From assembly GCF_006345805.1 (NCBI RefSeq), contig NW_021823738.1, forward strand, positions 1-21,149: a stretch of 21,149 nucleotides of DNA, given 5' to 3'. The stretch's first letter is position 1, and every line of letters begins with the position of its first letter. This stretch comes from Octopus sinensis (lineage: Eukaryota). The position numbers and the translations under genes are program-made. This document shows, piece after piece, positions 8,716-18,108 of the stretch. The notes beneath the pieces were generated by a model. The model did no database searches, had not been told where the DNA came from, and was given only the letters and a program-made list of their open reading frames with translations.

Positions 8716-9060
8716 GGTACTCCGACGGTTACTACGACGAGGGTTCCAGTTGATCGGATCAACGGAACAGCCTGCTCGTGAAATTAACGTGTACCCTTAA
8801 CGTAGTTCTCGGGGAGCTTCAGCGTGACACAGAGTGTGACAAGGCAGGCCCTTTGAAATTCAGGTACAACAGAAACAGGAAGAAAGAGTGAGAGAAAATT
8901 GTGGTGAAAGAGTACAGCAGGGTTCGCCACCCCACCCCACTGCCAGAGTATCGTGGAGCTTTAAGTGTTTTCGTTCAATAAACACTCAGACTGGGAATCG
9001 AAACCGCGATCCTACGACCGCGAGTCCGCTGCTCTAATCACTGGGACATTTCGCCTCCAT
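8716..9060 (-). mobile_element. tRNA-derived SINE family C, near full length, with TSD
   Basis: Minus-strand head GGAGGCGAAATGTCCCAGTGATTAGAGCAGCGGACTCGCGGTCGTAGGATCGCGGTTTCGATTCCC. Imperfect TSD ATATTGACATTAT (8703-8715) versus ATATAGACATAAT (9061-9073), 11/13 identical. Confidence 0.9.
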
Positions 9061-9479
9061 ATATAGACATAATGTATCTATGACTACATTATTTAATGAG
9101 TTCTTTTATTTTGAGTAGGAGATGAGTAAAATTTGGCAGCTATTTCTAGCATGTCGAGCGGCTGTTTTGAGGCACGCTTTGACTTTTTGCTGTTGTTGTA
9201 GTTACTTTTGCTTGACATAATTATTGACATAATTATTGTTAATTTTACTGTTGTTGTTGTTGTTGCTATTGTCACTGCTGCAACTGCAGCTGCTCTGTTA
9301 GTGATAAGGCGGTCACCGCCCTCTGGTAATGAAGTTGGTGAAAATTCCGCTTTAGCGATATGCATATAGGATTAGTGATAGATTAGAGCGATTATGTTCA
9401 CAAAGGAACTCTAAGCGCAGACGATGACAAATTGACTGGTTTGTTCTGGAGAACTATTGAGCCAGGGACTGTCATCGAT

Positions 9480-11090
9480 AACTCCCGGAAATCCTCGGTT
9501 TAGCAGTGATACGGAGTTATCTTCCTTGACTCCGTGAGTAAGTCAGTGGTGATGGACATGACCAGCAGCGAAGGCCATACCATCCGAATAATAGCTGTCT
9601 ACGCTCCGATAGGACATAGCAGGCAGATTTCTTTTGGCGTCTGGAGGCTTTCCAGTTCTGTTGTTCTCGTGGAGATTGGAACAACATCTTAGATGCACAC
9701 TGGGATTGTAGGGATTAGTAGCTAGGAGAGAGGCAAAATCCTTGCAGACCACCCCGAAATGTTTCCAGCTATCTAACAGATACCGACTTCTGCGTATGTG
9801 TTGATATTAACATGCATAAACCACGTTGGATCATCCGGATCGTACCTAAAAAGGATGTTCTGTAAGTTAGTAGATACAGATAAAGTCGGTTGTTCACAAT
9901 TAAAAACCGTCCACTACACAGATTAAAATTTGTAATCTGTACGGTCGACCTAGTTAGGTTTAATCGGCTGAGATACGGTTACTAAAAATTGAGCGTGTCC
10001 CTCCACGGATCATTCTACGGAATTAGATAAGCTGGTTTTGACTTGAATATTCATCACCAACAAATGATAATTCCTCTTGAAAAGGGCAATTAGAGCAGAA
10101 CTGGTAAAATATAATAAGGGGCTAGTGATAGAGAAAACTAGGTTAGAAGGAGATTTTGTTAGAAACTTGGAAGAGGTACTTAAGAAATACCACATATTTG
10201 GGGAAATTTGTCGAATGCTGATATCGCTTTTAGCGATATTGACATTCGACAAATTCTTCTCTGCAAAATATGAAATCGGCCTTGTAGGCACATACTGACG
10301 GCGAAACAAAAGCCGTTCTACATAGTTATAGTGCCGCAATTCGGTTTTTGACGGACAATGGTGAGCATGTGTTACTCGATTTGAAACAGATGTATGCGGT
10401 TTTTCAGAGGCACTTCGATCAGTTGATTGGGGTGATTGGCGGTCCGGATAGCAGGATAGATATCAAAGCTTACCTCAGCAGCTTGCTGCGGCTCTCGGCG
10501 ACGGAGATAGAGTGTTGCGAGAAGCCGATAACAATTGCGGAAGTACAGGAAGCGATGGCTAGCTGGACAAGGAGAAAACAATCTGGTTTGGATGGTCTAT
10601 CCTTCGAGCTTCACACTTATATGCCAGACATGTTCGGTGAACTATTGGCAAATACCTGCCGCAAAAGGCTGCTGAACGGGACATTCCCCGCTCTGCTGCC
10701 ACCCCATGTGATACATCATAGAGAGGGTTAGTAAGTAATTTAGAAAGCCAGGGTGCTTATATCAATCAAATGCCACCGAGAGGATCGATCACCAGTAATT
10801 TATAGCTAACCCCAAATCAGTTGTTTTGGGGCTTGTCTTCGGTGGTTGGATTCAGGAGTTGAATTGCCGCAAGGTATAACAACATCTGCTTGATTGTAAG
10901 AGCGAATGGTCATCTATCGGAACCATTCAGTATCAGGCGATCTGTTTGTCAAAGTTGTCCCCACTTGACTCTCCTACATATACTAACTCTTAAGATTCAA
11001 CTGCCGAAAATAGAGAGCGGAATCCCGTACGAACTGGTTGCCACTTCTGTAGTACGGAAACCACTTTAGAGCTTTCTATCCTCAATGAAA
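9480..11090 (+). mobile_element. Decayed L1/Tx1-type non-LTR retrotransposon ORF2 (APE endonuclease, linker and partial reverse transcriptase)
   Basis: Manual translation across frameshifts: RIIAVYAP (ending 9608), GDWNNILD (from 9671), SYLKRMF, HYTD/KFVICTVDL, GY*KLSVSL (GYWKLN motif, TAA at 9983-9985), ITIAEVQEAM..KQSGLDGL (10576-10599), ATERIDHQ (10772-10795, AFDRVDH-like), NGHLSEPFSIRRSVCQSCP (RQGCP-like, 10938-10961). Start boundary approximate. Confidence 0.9.
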
Positions 11091-11149
11091 AAACAAAAAC
11101 AAAAACAAAAGAGAAGCACCTACGAATGCTGACATCATAGCTCCGAAAA

Positions 11150-11279
11150 CAACAGCATACTACAGTAACAGCATCAGCAGCGGTGGCGGCTGCAGCAACA
11201 GCGGCGGCAGCAACAGCAGTAGCAGCAATAGCGGCAGCAACAATAGTAGCAGCATCGGCAGAGATAGCAGCAACAGTAG

Positions 11280-11328
<49 letters not shown>

Positions 11329-11545
11329 GGTGGCAGCAGCAGCAGTGGTGGCAGCAGCAGCAGTGGTGGCAGCAGCAGCAGTGGTGGCAGCAGCAGCAGT
11401 GGTGGCAGCAGCAGCAGTGGTGGCAGCAGCAGCAGTGGTGGCAGCAGCAGCAGTGGTGGCAGCAGCAGCAGTGGTGGCAGCAGCAGCAGCAACACCAACA
11501 CCAACAGTAGCAGCAGTAGGACGGACAACAGCAACAACAATACTG
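11150..11545. repeat. (GCA)n compound microsatellite with 9 perfect 18-bp units GCAGCAGCAGCAGTGGTG
   Basis: GTGGTG recurs at 11327, 11345 ... 11471 (period 18). Confidence 0.95.
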
Positions 11546-11570
11546 ACAAGAAACAATAAAAAACCTGCTA

Positions 11571-11725
11571 CTTAATGTGCGTGACCTGGGCTCGCCCTCG
11601 AAGCAGGGTCGCCTATTCAAATACTATAGGTCGCTAGGTTTGTATGTGTGATGGCCATCGGCGAAACCAAGAGTTCCGACATGCGCACTTTAGCATCCGT
11701 TTTTGGCGATTTTGAGTTTTGAGAT
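11571..11725 (+). mobile_element. LINE ORF2 endonuclease N-terminal fragment (second L1/Tx1-type piece)
   Basis: LNVRDLGSPSKQGRLFKYYRSLGLYV, frameshift, then MAIGETKSSD. This matches the APE N-terminal NVRGL...(Q/S)ET pattern. Confidence 0.7.
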
Positions 11726-11808
11726 ATTCATACAGACCTGGGGCTAAGCAGGTCAGTATGAACACTAATACTAACTACCATTCCGTACACTAGATATTGT
11801 AATTCTAG

Positions 11809-11990
11809 GTATACTATGTCTGAATAAGATTGGTCATGGCTGGAACATCTTCGACCATAGATCTGCTGGGTTAGTGCTGGTCTGGGGTTAAACTGCAACA
11901 ATAACAACAACAATAACCAAAAGGGTAAAACACAAGTATACACTATCTGAAAAATGGGATGGTCATGCCTGGAATGTCTTCTCGAAGAGC
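11809..11990 (+). repeat. Diverged duplication of a GGTCATG(G/C)CTGGAA-containing segment, probably a retroposon 3' tail
   Basis: GTATAC..TCTGAA..TGGTCATGGCTGGAACATCTT (about 11809) versus GTATAC..TCTGAA..TGGTCATGCCTGGAATGTCTT (about 11936). The same motif occurs inverted at about 8446-8463. Confidence 0.6.
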
Positions 11991-12214
11991 AGACATACAT
12001 ATAAATAACAACAGTTATTATCATGTAAGAGAAAATAATCGATGTAATCGGTGGTAGCACTGTAAAATTGACCAGTTCTTCAACTCCTCCGCCCTCTTTG
12101 CATTGGTGTTGCTCAGAGAGGCACGAACTCCATCAAAATTGTTGAGAGCGGCACTGCAGTCTTGAATGATGCCACACCTGCAGTTCGTTGGTCCAAGGAA
12201 CCATTTCTGAACAC

Positions 12215-12930
12215 CAACAGCAACAACAACAACCATCACTCCCAACACCACCATTACCACCACCACCAATACCACCACCACTACCACCAGCATCATACCA
12301 ACACTACAACCACCACCGCCACCACTACCATCACCACGACCATCACAACAAAAGTAACAGCAGCAACAAGAATAACAAGATCGACAACAAAAACAACCAT
12401 TATCCCTACGACCACTACTACCACCACCACTACCACCACCACCATAACAGCAACAACATCTGCAGCAACAACAACAACCATCGCTACAACTACCGAAACT
12501 ACCACCACCATCAGCACCAACACCACCACAACAACAGTAACAGCAACAACAACAACAATATCAACAACAAAAACAACCGTCATCACAACCACCACTACTA
12601 CTACCACCACCACCATCACTAATACCACTATGACCACCCCACCACAGCAACAACAACATCGACAACAAAAACAACCGTCATCATCACCACTACCACCACT
12701 ACCACCACCACCACCACCGCCACCACCGCCATCACCACCACCACTATCACCACCACCACCACCACCACCACCGCCATCACCACCACTACTATCACCACCA
12801 CCACCACTACAGCAACAACAATAATACTAACCGCAACAACCATCAATACCACCACCACCACCATCACCATCAGCACCGACACCACAGCAACAACACTAAC
12901 AGCAGCAACAACAACAACAGCAGCAGCAGC
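12215..12930. repeat. Compound (CAA)n/(CAC)n/(TAC)n microsatellite with three higher-order units
   Basis: Anchor ATC(G/A)ACAACAAAAACAACC at 12380, 12560 and 12658. Confidence 0.9.
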
Positions 12931-13359
12931 AGTATCTCTTAGACAAGAATTTCCACCATTAAGGCAAGGCATTCCTTGTAAATGAAAAGCAAGTTTGATA
13001 AATTAGGTGAATATTTATAAAGACTTCGGTAATACTCATTCATTAGAAATGCTTTTTCACCAACTTCGAATATTTTCTGCATCTTTAAAAAGTTCTTTGT
13101 AGAAACAGTAACGGAGGATGGTGAGAGAGTGGATGAAGGAGGTTGGTGGAAGTGGCATCAATTGCCGATGGGGAGTGGCATGAGAGGAATGGTGGAGGAT
13201 ATGGCGGAGGTGTATTGCTGAGGAATGTGACGTTAATTGAGTGGAAAAGAAACAAGACTTGAAGAATGGTCGGAATGGTAAAAGGTAAGATGGGTTCTTT
13301 ATTCATCACGATCAGTTCCCTCGTTCTTTAAGACATTTGTTTACCCTCGTCGCCATTGT

Positions 13360-13710
13360 CGTCATCGTTGTGGCTGTTGTTGTTGTTGTTGTGTTATGCC
13401 AATAACAATATTAGTAATAGCAATAATGGTAATCGTGATGATGATGGTGATGGTAACGGCGGTGTTTGTTGTAGCCGAATATGATGATGGTGGCAGTGGT
13501 GATAGTGTGGTGGTGGTGGTGGTAGGGTACTACAGTTCATTGGTCCTAGGAACCATTTCTGAACAACAGCAACAACAACAACAGCAAAAACAAAAACACC
13601 ACCACCACTACTACCATCTCCACCACTACCACCACCATCAACATAAGTAGTAGTTGTGATTATGTTGATAGTGATGATTATTATAATGGTTAGTGATAAT
13701 GGTGGTAATG
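13360..13710. repeat. Mixed trinucleotide microsatellites (TTG/GAT/GTG, then CAA/CAC)
   Basis: Direct reading. Confidence 0.85.
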
Positions 13711-13744
13711 TATTCACTCGACCCTGAGGCTTGTTATTGAAGGC

Positions 13745-13892
13745 GTTTCTTCTGGCTTTACGCTTCGAGTTCAAATTCCACTGAGGTCAGCATTCGCCTT
13801 TCATCAATCCGAGGTCGATTAAATAAGTACCAGTGCATTATCAGGGTCGATATAAACGACTACCCCTTCGCCCTAAAATTACAGTCCTGTGT
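13745..13892 (+). mobile_element. Diverged SINE family A, 5' truncated
   Basis: GAGTTCAAATTCCACTGAGGTC..GCCTTTCATC..GAGGTCGATTAAATAAGTACCAG..GGGTCGATATAAACGACT. Confidence 0.8.
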
Positions 13893-13896
13893 CTTC

Positions 13897-14098
13897 TTGG
13901 CAGAACCATTGGCACATTGAACAAAATGTTTAGCGGCATTTTGTTCATCTTTAAGTTCCGAGCTTAGATTTCACCGAAGTCGGTTTTGCCTTCTATCCTT
14001 TCAGGGCAAACAAAAGAGGTACCAGTTAAGTACTGGGTTCAGTGTAATCGACTAACGTTCTCCCATAAAATTTTAGACCTATAGTAGAAAGGGTTATT
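13897..14098 (+). mobile_element. Diverged SINE family A
   Basis: TGGCAGAACCATTGGCAC..AAAATGTTTAGCGGCATTT..GCCTTCTATCCTTTCAGGG..GTACCAGTTAAGTACTGGG..TAATCGACTA..CTATAGTAGAAAGG. Confidence 0.8.
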
Positions 14099-14101
14099 AT
14101 C

Positions 14102-15578
14102 ATAGGAGTAACATAAATCCTTTAAATGTTATAGAGGTAACATAAATCATTTAAATATTATAGGAGTAACATCAATCCTTTAAAAGTTATAGGAGTAACA
14201 TGAATCCTTTAAATATTATAGGAGTAACATCAATCCTTTAAAAGTTATAGGAGTAACATGAATCCTTTAAATATTATAGGAGTAACATCAATCCTTTAAA
14301 AGTTATAGGAGTAACATCAATCCTTTAAATATTATAGGGGTAACATCAATCCTTTAAATGTTATAGGAGTAACATCAATCCTTTAAAAGTTATAGGAGTA
14401 ACATGAATCCTTTAAATATTATATGGGTAACGTCAATCCTTTAAATGTTATAGGAGTAACATCACCTTTAAAAGTTATAGGAGTAACATCAATTCTTTAA
14501 ATATTATAGGGGTAACATCAATCCTTTAAGAGTTATAGGAGTAACATGAATCCTTTAAATATTATAGGGGTAACATCAATCCTTTAAAAGTTATAGGAGT
14601 AACATGAATCCTTTAAATATTATAGGGGTAACATCAATCCTTTAAAAGTTATAGGAGTAACATGAATCCTTTAAATATTATAGGAGTAACATCAATCCTT
14701 TAAAAGTTATAGGAGTAACATCAATCCTTTAAATATTATTGGCGTAACATCAATCCTTTAAAAGATATAGGAGTAACATCAATCCTTTAAAAGTTATAGG
14801 AGTAACATCAATCCTTTAAAAGTTATAGGAGTAACATGAATCCTTTAAATATTATAGGGGTAACATCAATCCTTTAAAAGTTATAGGAGTAACATGAATC
14901 CTTTAAATATTATAGGAGTAACATCAATCCTTTAAAAGTTATAGGAGTAACATGAATCCTTTAAATATTATAGGAGTAACATCAATCCTTTAAAAGTTAT
15001 AGGAGTAACATCAATCATTTAAATATTATAGGAGTAACATCAATCCTTTAAAAGTTATAGGAGTAACATGAATCCTTTAAATATTATAGGGGTAACATCA
15101 ATCCTTTAAAAGTTATAGGAGTAACATCAATCATTTAAATATTATAGGAGTAACATCAATCCTTTAAAAGTTATAGGAGTAACATGAATCCTTTAAATAT
15201 TATTGGCGTAACATCAATCCTTTAAAAGATATAGGAGTAACATCAATCATTTAAATATTATAGGAGTAACATCAATCCTTTAAAAGTTATAGGAGTAACA
15301 TCAATCCTTTAAATATTATAGGGGTAACATCAATCCTTTAAAAGTTATAGGAGTAGCATCAATCCTTTAAAAGTTATAGGAGTAACATGAATCCTTTAAA
15401 TATTATAGGAGTAACATCAATCCTTTAAAAGTTATAGGAGTAACATCAATCCTTTAAAAGTTATAGGAGTAACATGAATCCTTTAAATATTATAGGAGTA
15501 ACATCAATCCTTTAAAAGTTATAGGAGTAACATCAATCCATTAAATATCATAGGAGTAACATCGATTATTTAAATATT
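14102..15578. repeat. Minisatellite, 51 units of 29 bp (ATAGGAGTAACAT(C/G)AATCCTTTAAA(AG/TA)TT), largely as alternating A/B dimers
   Basis: Units counted by eye. 1477 bp = 51x29 minus one 2-bp deletion (unit 13). No spacers between units. Confidence 0.97.
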
Positions 15579-15579
15579 A

Positions 15580-15658
15580 TACCAGTTGCGTACTGGGGTT
15601 GATCTAATCGACTTGCCCCGCTCCCCTAAAATTTCGTGCCTTGTGCCTAGAGTAGCCG
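15580..15658 (+). mobile_element. SINE family A 3' half
   Basis: TACCAGTTGCGTACTGGGGTTGATCTAATCGACT..AAAATTTCGTGCCTTGTGCCTAGAGTAG. Confidence 0.85.
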
Positions 15659-15682
15659 AAAAAAAAAATAGAATAAAAAGTA

Positions 15683-15861
15683 GTACTTCTATTTCAAATG
15701 GTCAGATTTGTCACTTTCGCGCTGAATCTCGCTGAGAACTACGCTAAGGGTCTGCGTGTCTGAAGAGTGCTCAGCCACATGCACGTTAATTTCACGAGTA
15801 GGTAGTTCCGTTGATCGGGTCAGCTGGAACACTCGTCATTGTTGTAACCGATGGAATACCA
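15683..15861 (+). mobile_element. SINE family C 3' half
   Basis: Reverse complement of the module at 8716-8870: GCTGAATCTC..GAGAACTACG..CACGTTAATTTCACGAG..GTTCCGTTGATC..CTGGAAC..GTAACCGA. Confidence 0.85.
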
Positions 15862-16077
15862 GTTTATATATTGCTAATTAGATTTGTTAATACTCGTTAA
15901 CTTAACAATAGTTCTGTTGTCTTTTTATCAACATAGTGTCTCTGAGCAGATTACCTCAGTAATTAGTTTTGGGTGGAATGGATAATTATTCTGATGCAGA
16001 GATTAGGAGTATGGCATGGTGTCTGTCGGAACCGCTAGTCGCAGATGACATCAAACATCATCTTTTCGTCTTTGTCT

Positions 16078-16170
<93 letters not shown>

Positions 16171-16193
16171 ATCTATCTATCTATCTATCTATC
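16078..16193. repeat. (TCTA)n microsatellite, left flank of the LINE
   Basis: Direct reading. Confidence 0.97.
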
Positions 16194-17375
16194 CGGCTCT
16201 ACGTAGACGACGGTAACAGGTATGGTCACCGTTTGTGAGGCGCACTTTCCCGCAGCTCGTCTCCATGACCGAACTGCAGTCGTGGATCAAAAAGAGGCCG
16301 AGGAAGGGCGAGTGGCACTGCAAGTGTCGCGTTGCTCTCAAGCAACTATGCCGTCCCGGGTCGACCTTGAGCGACTTCAACACAACCAAAGCATTCTATA
16401 GGGTATTAGTGGAGGGGAGGTACGACGACGATCTCGGGTCGAACCTGGGCGTCGACGAGGAATACCTGACCCGCCTGTTCAAGACGACTTTTGGGTCGGG
16501 ACCTATGGACAACTTCCAGAGATTCCTGGCCTGGCAGTGCTATCGAGAAGCGCTACTCGTTCGGGATAAGCTCTACAGGCATGGCTCGAGAAACACGGGG
16601 CCGACCTGTCCGAGATGCGGTCAGAGCGACGAAACTGTCCTGCACGCACTCGTACAGTGTCCAACTATTTCCGACCTGTGGGCCTATGTCGAACGACTGT
16701 TATCGCGTGTGGGACGAGTCGGTTTATTAACCGAGTCTATCGTGAATATTGTCGCGCCTCCTTCCTTCAAACGGGAAGGAAGAGCCATTTTCATCGTACT
16801 TGTGGCTATAGCGAAAGAATGTGTATGGTGGACGCGTCTGAAAGGCCTAGAGAGAAACACTTTCCTCTCTGGTCAATCTCTCATCAACTTCTTCAAGTAT
16901 CACTTGAAGAGGAAGGTGAAAGTAGAGAGAGAAGTTTTATCTAGTGAATGTTTCAAAAAAAGATGGGTGGTGTAGCAAGGATGGCACGTGTGAATGACGG
17001 AGTCAGCTTGAGCATAATCCTATGAACGAAAAGAAAAAAAAAACGAAAGGAAAAAAGAGACCCACTTACTGTAATGTGTTTTCTTTTTGCATGACACAAT
17101 TGCCCAAGGTTCCCGTGGTCTTTTCCGTAGGCTTTTCTATCCACGGACAAACCTAATCTGTTTTCCCTTTTGACATTGACATTTCTGTATCCGTATTGAT
17201 CAGCCCCACTTTTTCTTTCGCGATCCCTTTTGATCGGAATTCCCCGCCTTTTTTTTTTCACGATCGGAATTCGCCCCCGCCCCCTTTTTACCCCCTTCTC
17301 TTCTCCCAAAAAAGGAAAGCTCTACTTTGTATTTTGTCCCTTCTGTGTTTAGCCCTGAGTGGCCAATAAAGAAAT
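16194..17375 (+). mobile_element. 5'-truncated L1/Tx1-type LINE: ORF2 C-terminus with CCHC zinc knuckle plus 3' UTR
   Basis: ORF 16235..16975 contains WQCYREALLVRDKL and CPRCGQSDETVLHALVQC (C-x2-C-x8-H-x4-C, 16607-16660). Probable 1-bp frameshifts near 16215 and 16970; the shifted frame continues VARMARVNDGVSLSIIL* to 17025. The UTR ends AATAAAGAAAT directly into (CTAT)n. Confidence 0.92.
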
Positions 17376-17399
17376 CTATCTATCTAGCTATTTAGCTGT

Positions 17400-17482
<83 letters not shown>
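17376..17482. repeat. (TCTA)n microsatellite, right flank or tail of the LINE
   Basis: Direct reading; same phase and orientation as the left flank. Confidence 0.95.
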
Positions 17483-17483
<1 letters not shown>

Positions 17484-17570
17484 TCGTCTATCTTGCTATC
17501 TATCTGCTTGTCTGTCTGTCTAGCTGCCAGTCTTTCTGCCTGTCTGTCTGTTTGTTTGTTTGCTTGCCCG

Positions 17571-17672
<102 letters not shown>

Positions 17673-17789
17673 CGACCAGGGAAGTTATGCCACAAATATT
17701 TTAATTCTTTCCTCTTCCACACAGCAAAATAATTTATTCCACATTGAGAACTTTTGATTCCTAATACTTACTGCTGGGGATGGTTGAGG

Positions 17790-18100
17790 TGGTGTCGATG
17801 ACGGAGGCGGTGATGGTGATGATGATGATGATGATGATGATTATAATGATGATGACGACTGTAACGCCTCTGGTTGAAAATTGAGAAAATTATGTGAGCG
17901 CCAAACCCTATAAAATGCCTGACGCCAACTCAGTCTCACATCTAATTAACATAATCTTCATTATCATCATCATCATCATCATTATAATCATCATAATCAT
18001 CATCATCATGTTTCAGGTAATGATGTTGACAATAATTAATAATTGGAATAATAAACAACACCTCCACCATCACCACCACCACCACCACCAACAACAACAA
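17790..18100. repeat. (GAT)n, (CAT)n, (CAC)n and (CAA)n microsatellites
   Basis: Direct reading. Confidence 0.85.
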
Positions 18101-18108
18101 CAATACTT

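Noticed and set aside
8975-9060. tRNA gene (also the heads at 472, 2477, 3360 and 6193)
   Set aside because: These have A/B-box-like motifs but no complete cloverleaf, and they continue into SINE bodies, in two cases with TSDs.
10990-11620. Antifreeze-, mucin- or metallothionein-like proteins (AAAATT, CCCCHH repeats)
   Set aside because: All frames of an 18-bp GCA/GTG repeat are open. The tract lies between LINE relics and has no signal peptide or splice support.
13103-13284. Exon with acceptor TTTGTAG and strong donor AG|GTAAGA
   Set aside because: All three frames contain stops; it could at most be a non-coding exon, and nothing supports that.
14102-15578. CRISPR array (the 29-bp repeat length fits)
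   Set aside because: Units are contiguous with no unique spacers, no cas genes are present, and the context is eukaryotic.
15967-16078. Coding-like frame LGGMDNYSDAEIRSMAWCLSEPLVADDIKHHLF
   Set aside because: No convincing donor, no recognised homology, and it runs into (TCTA)n.
16235-16975. Intact host CDS of 246 aa
   Set aside because: It starts at GTG inside a 5'-truncated LINE, has probable frameshifts at both ends, and encodes only the ORF2 C-terminal region.
9480-17375. A single full-length LINE split by later insertions
   Set aside because: The pieces differ strongly in decay and the 11571 fragment is out of order; separate insertions are more parsimonious, pending alignment to a consensus.
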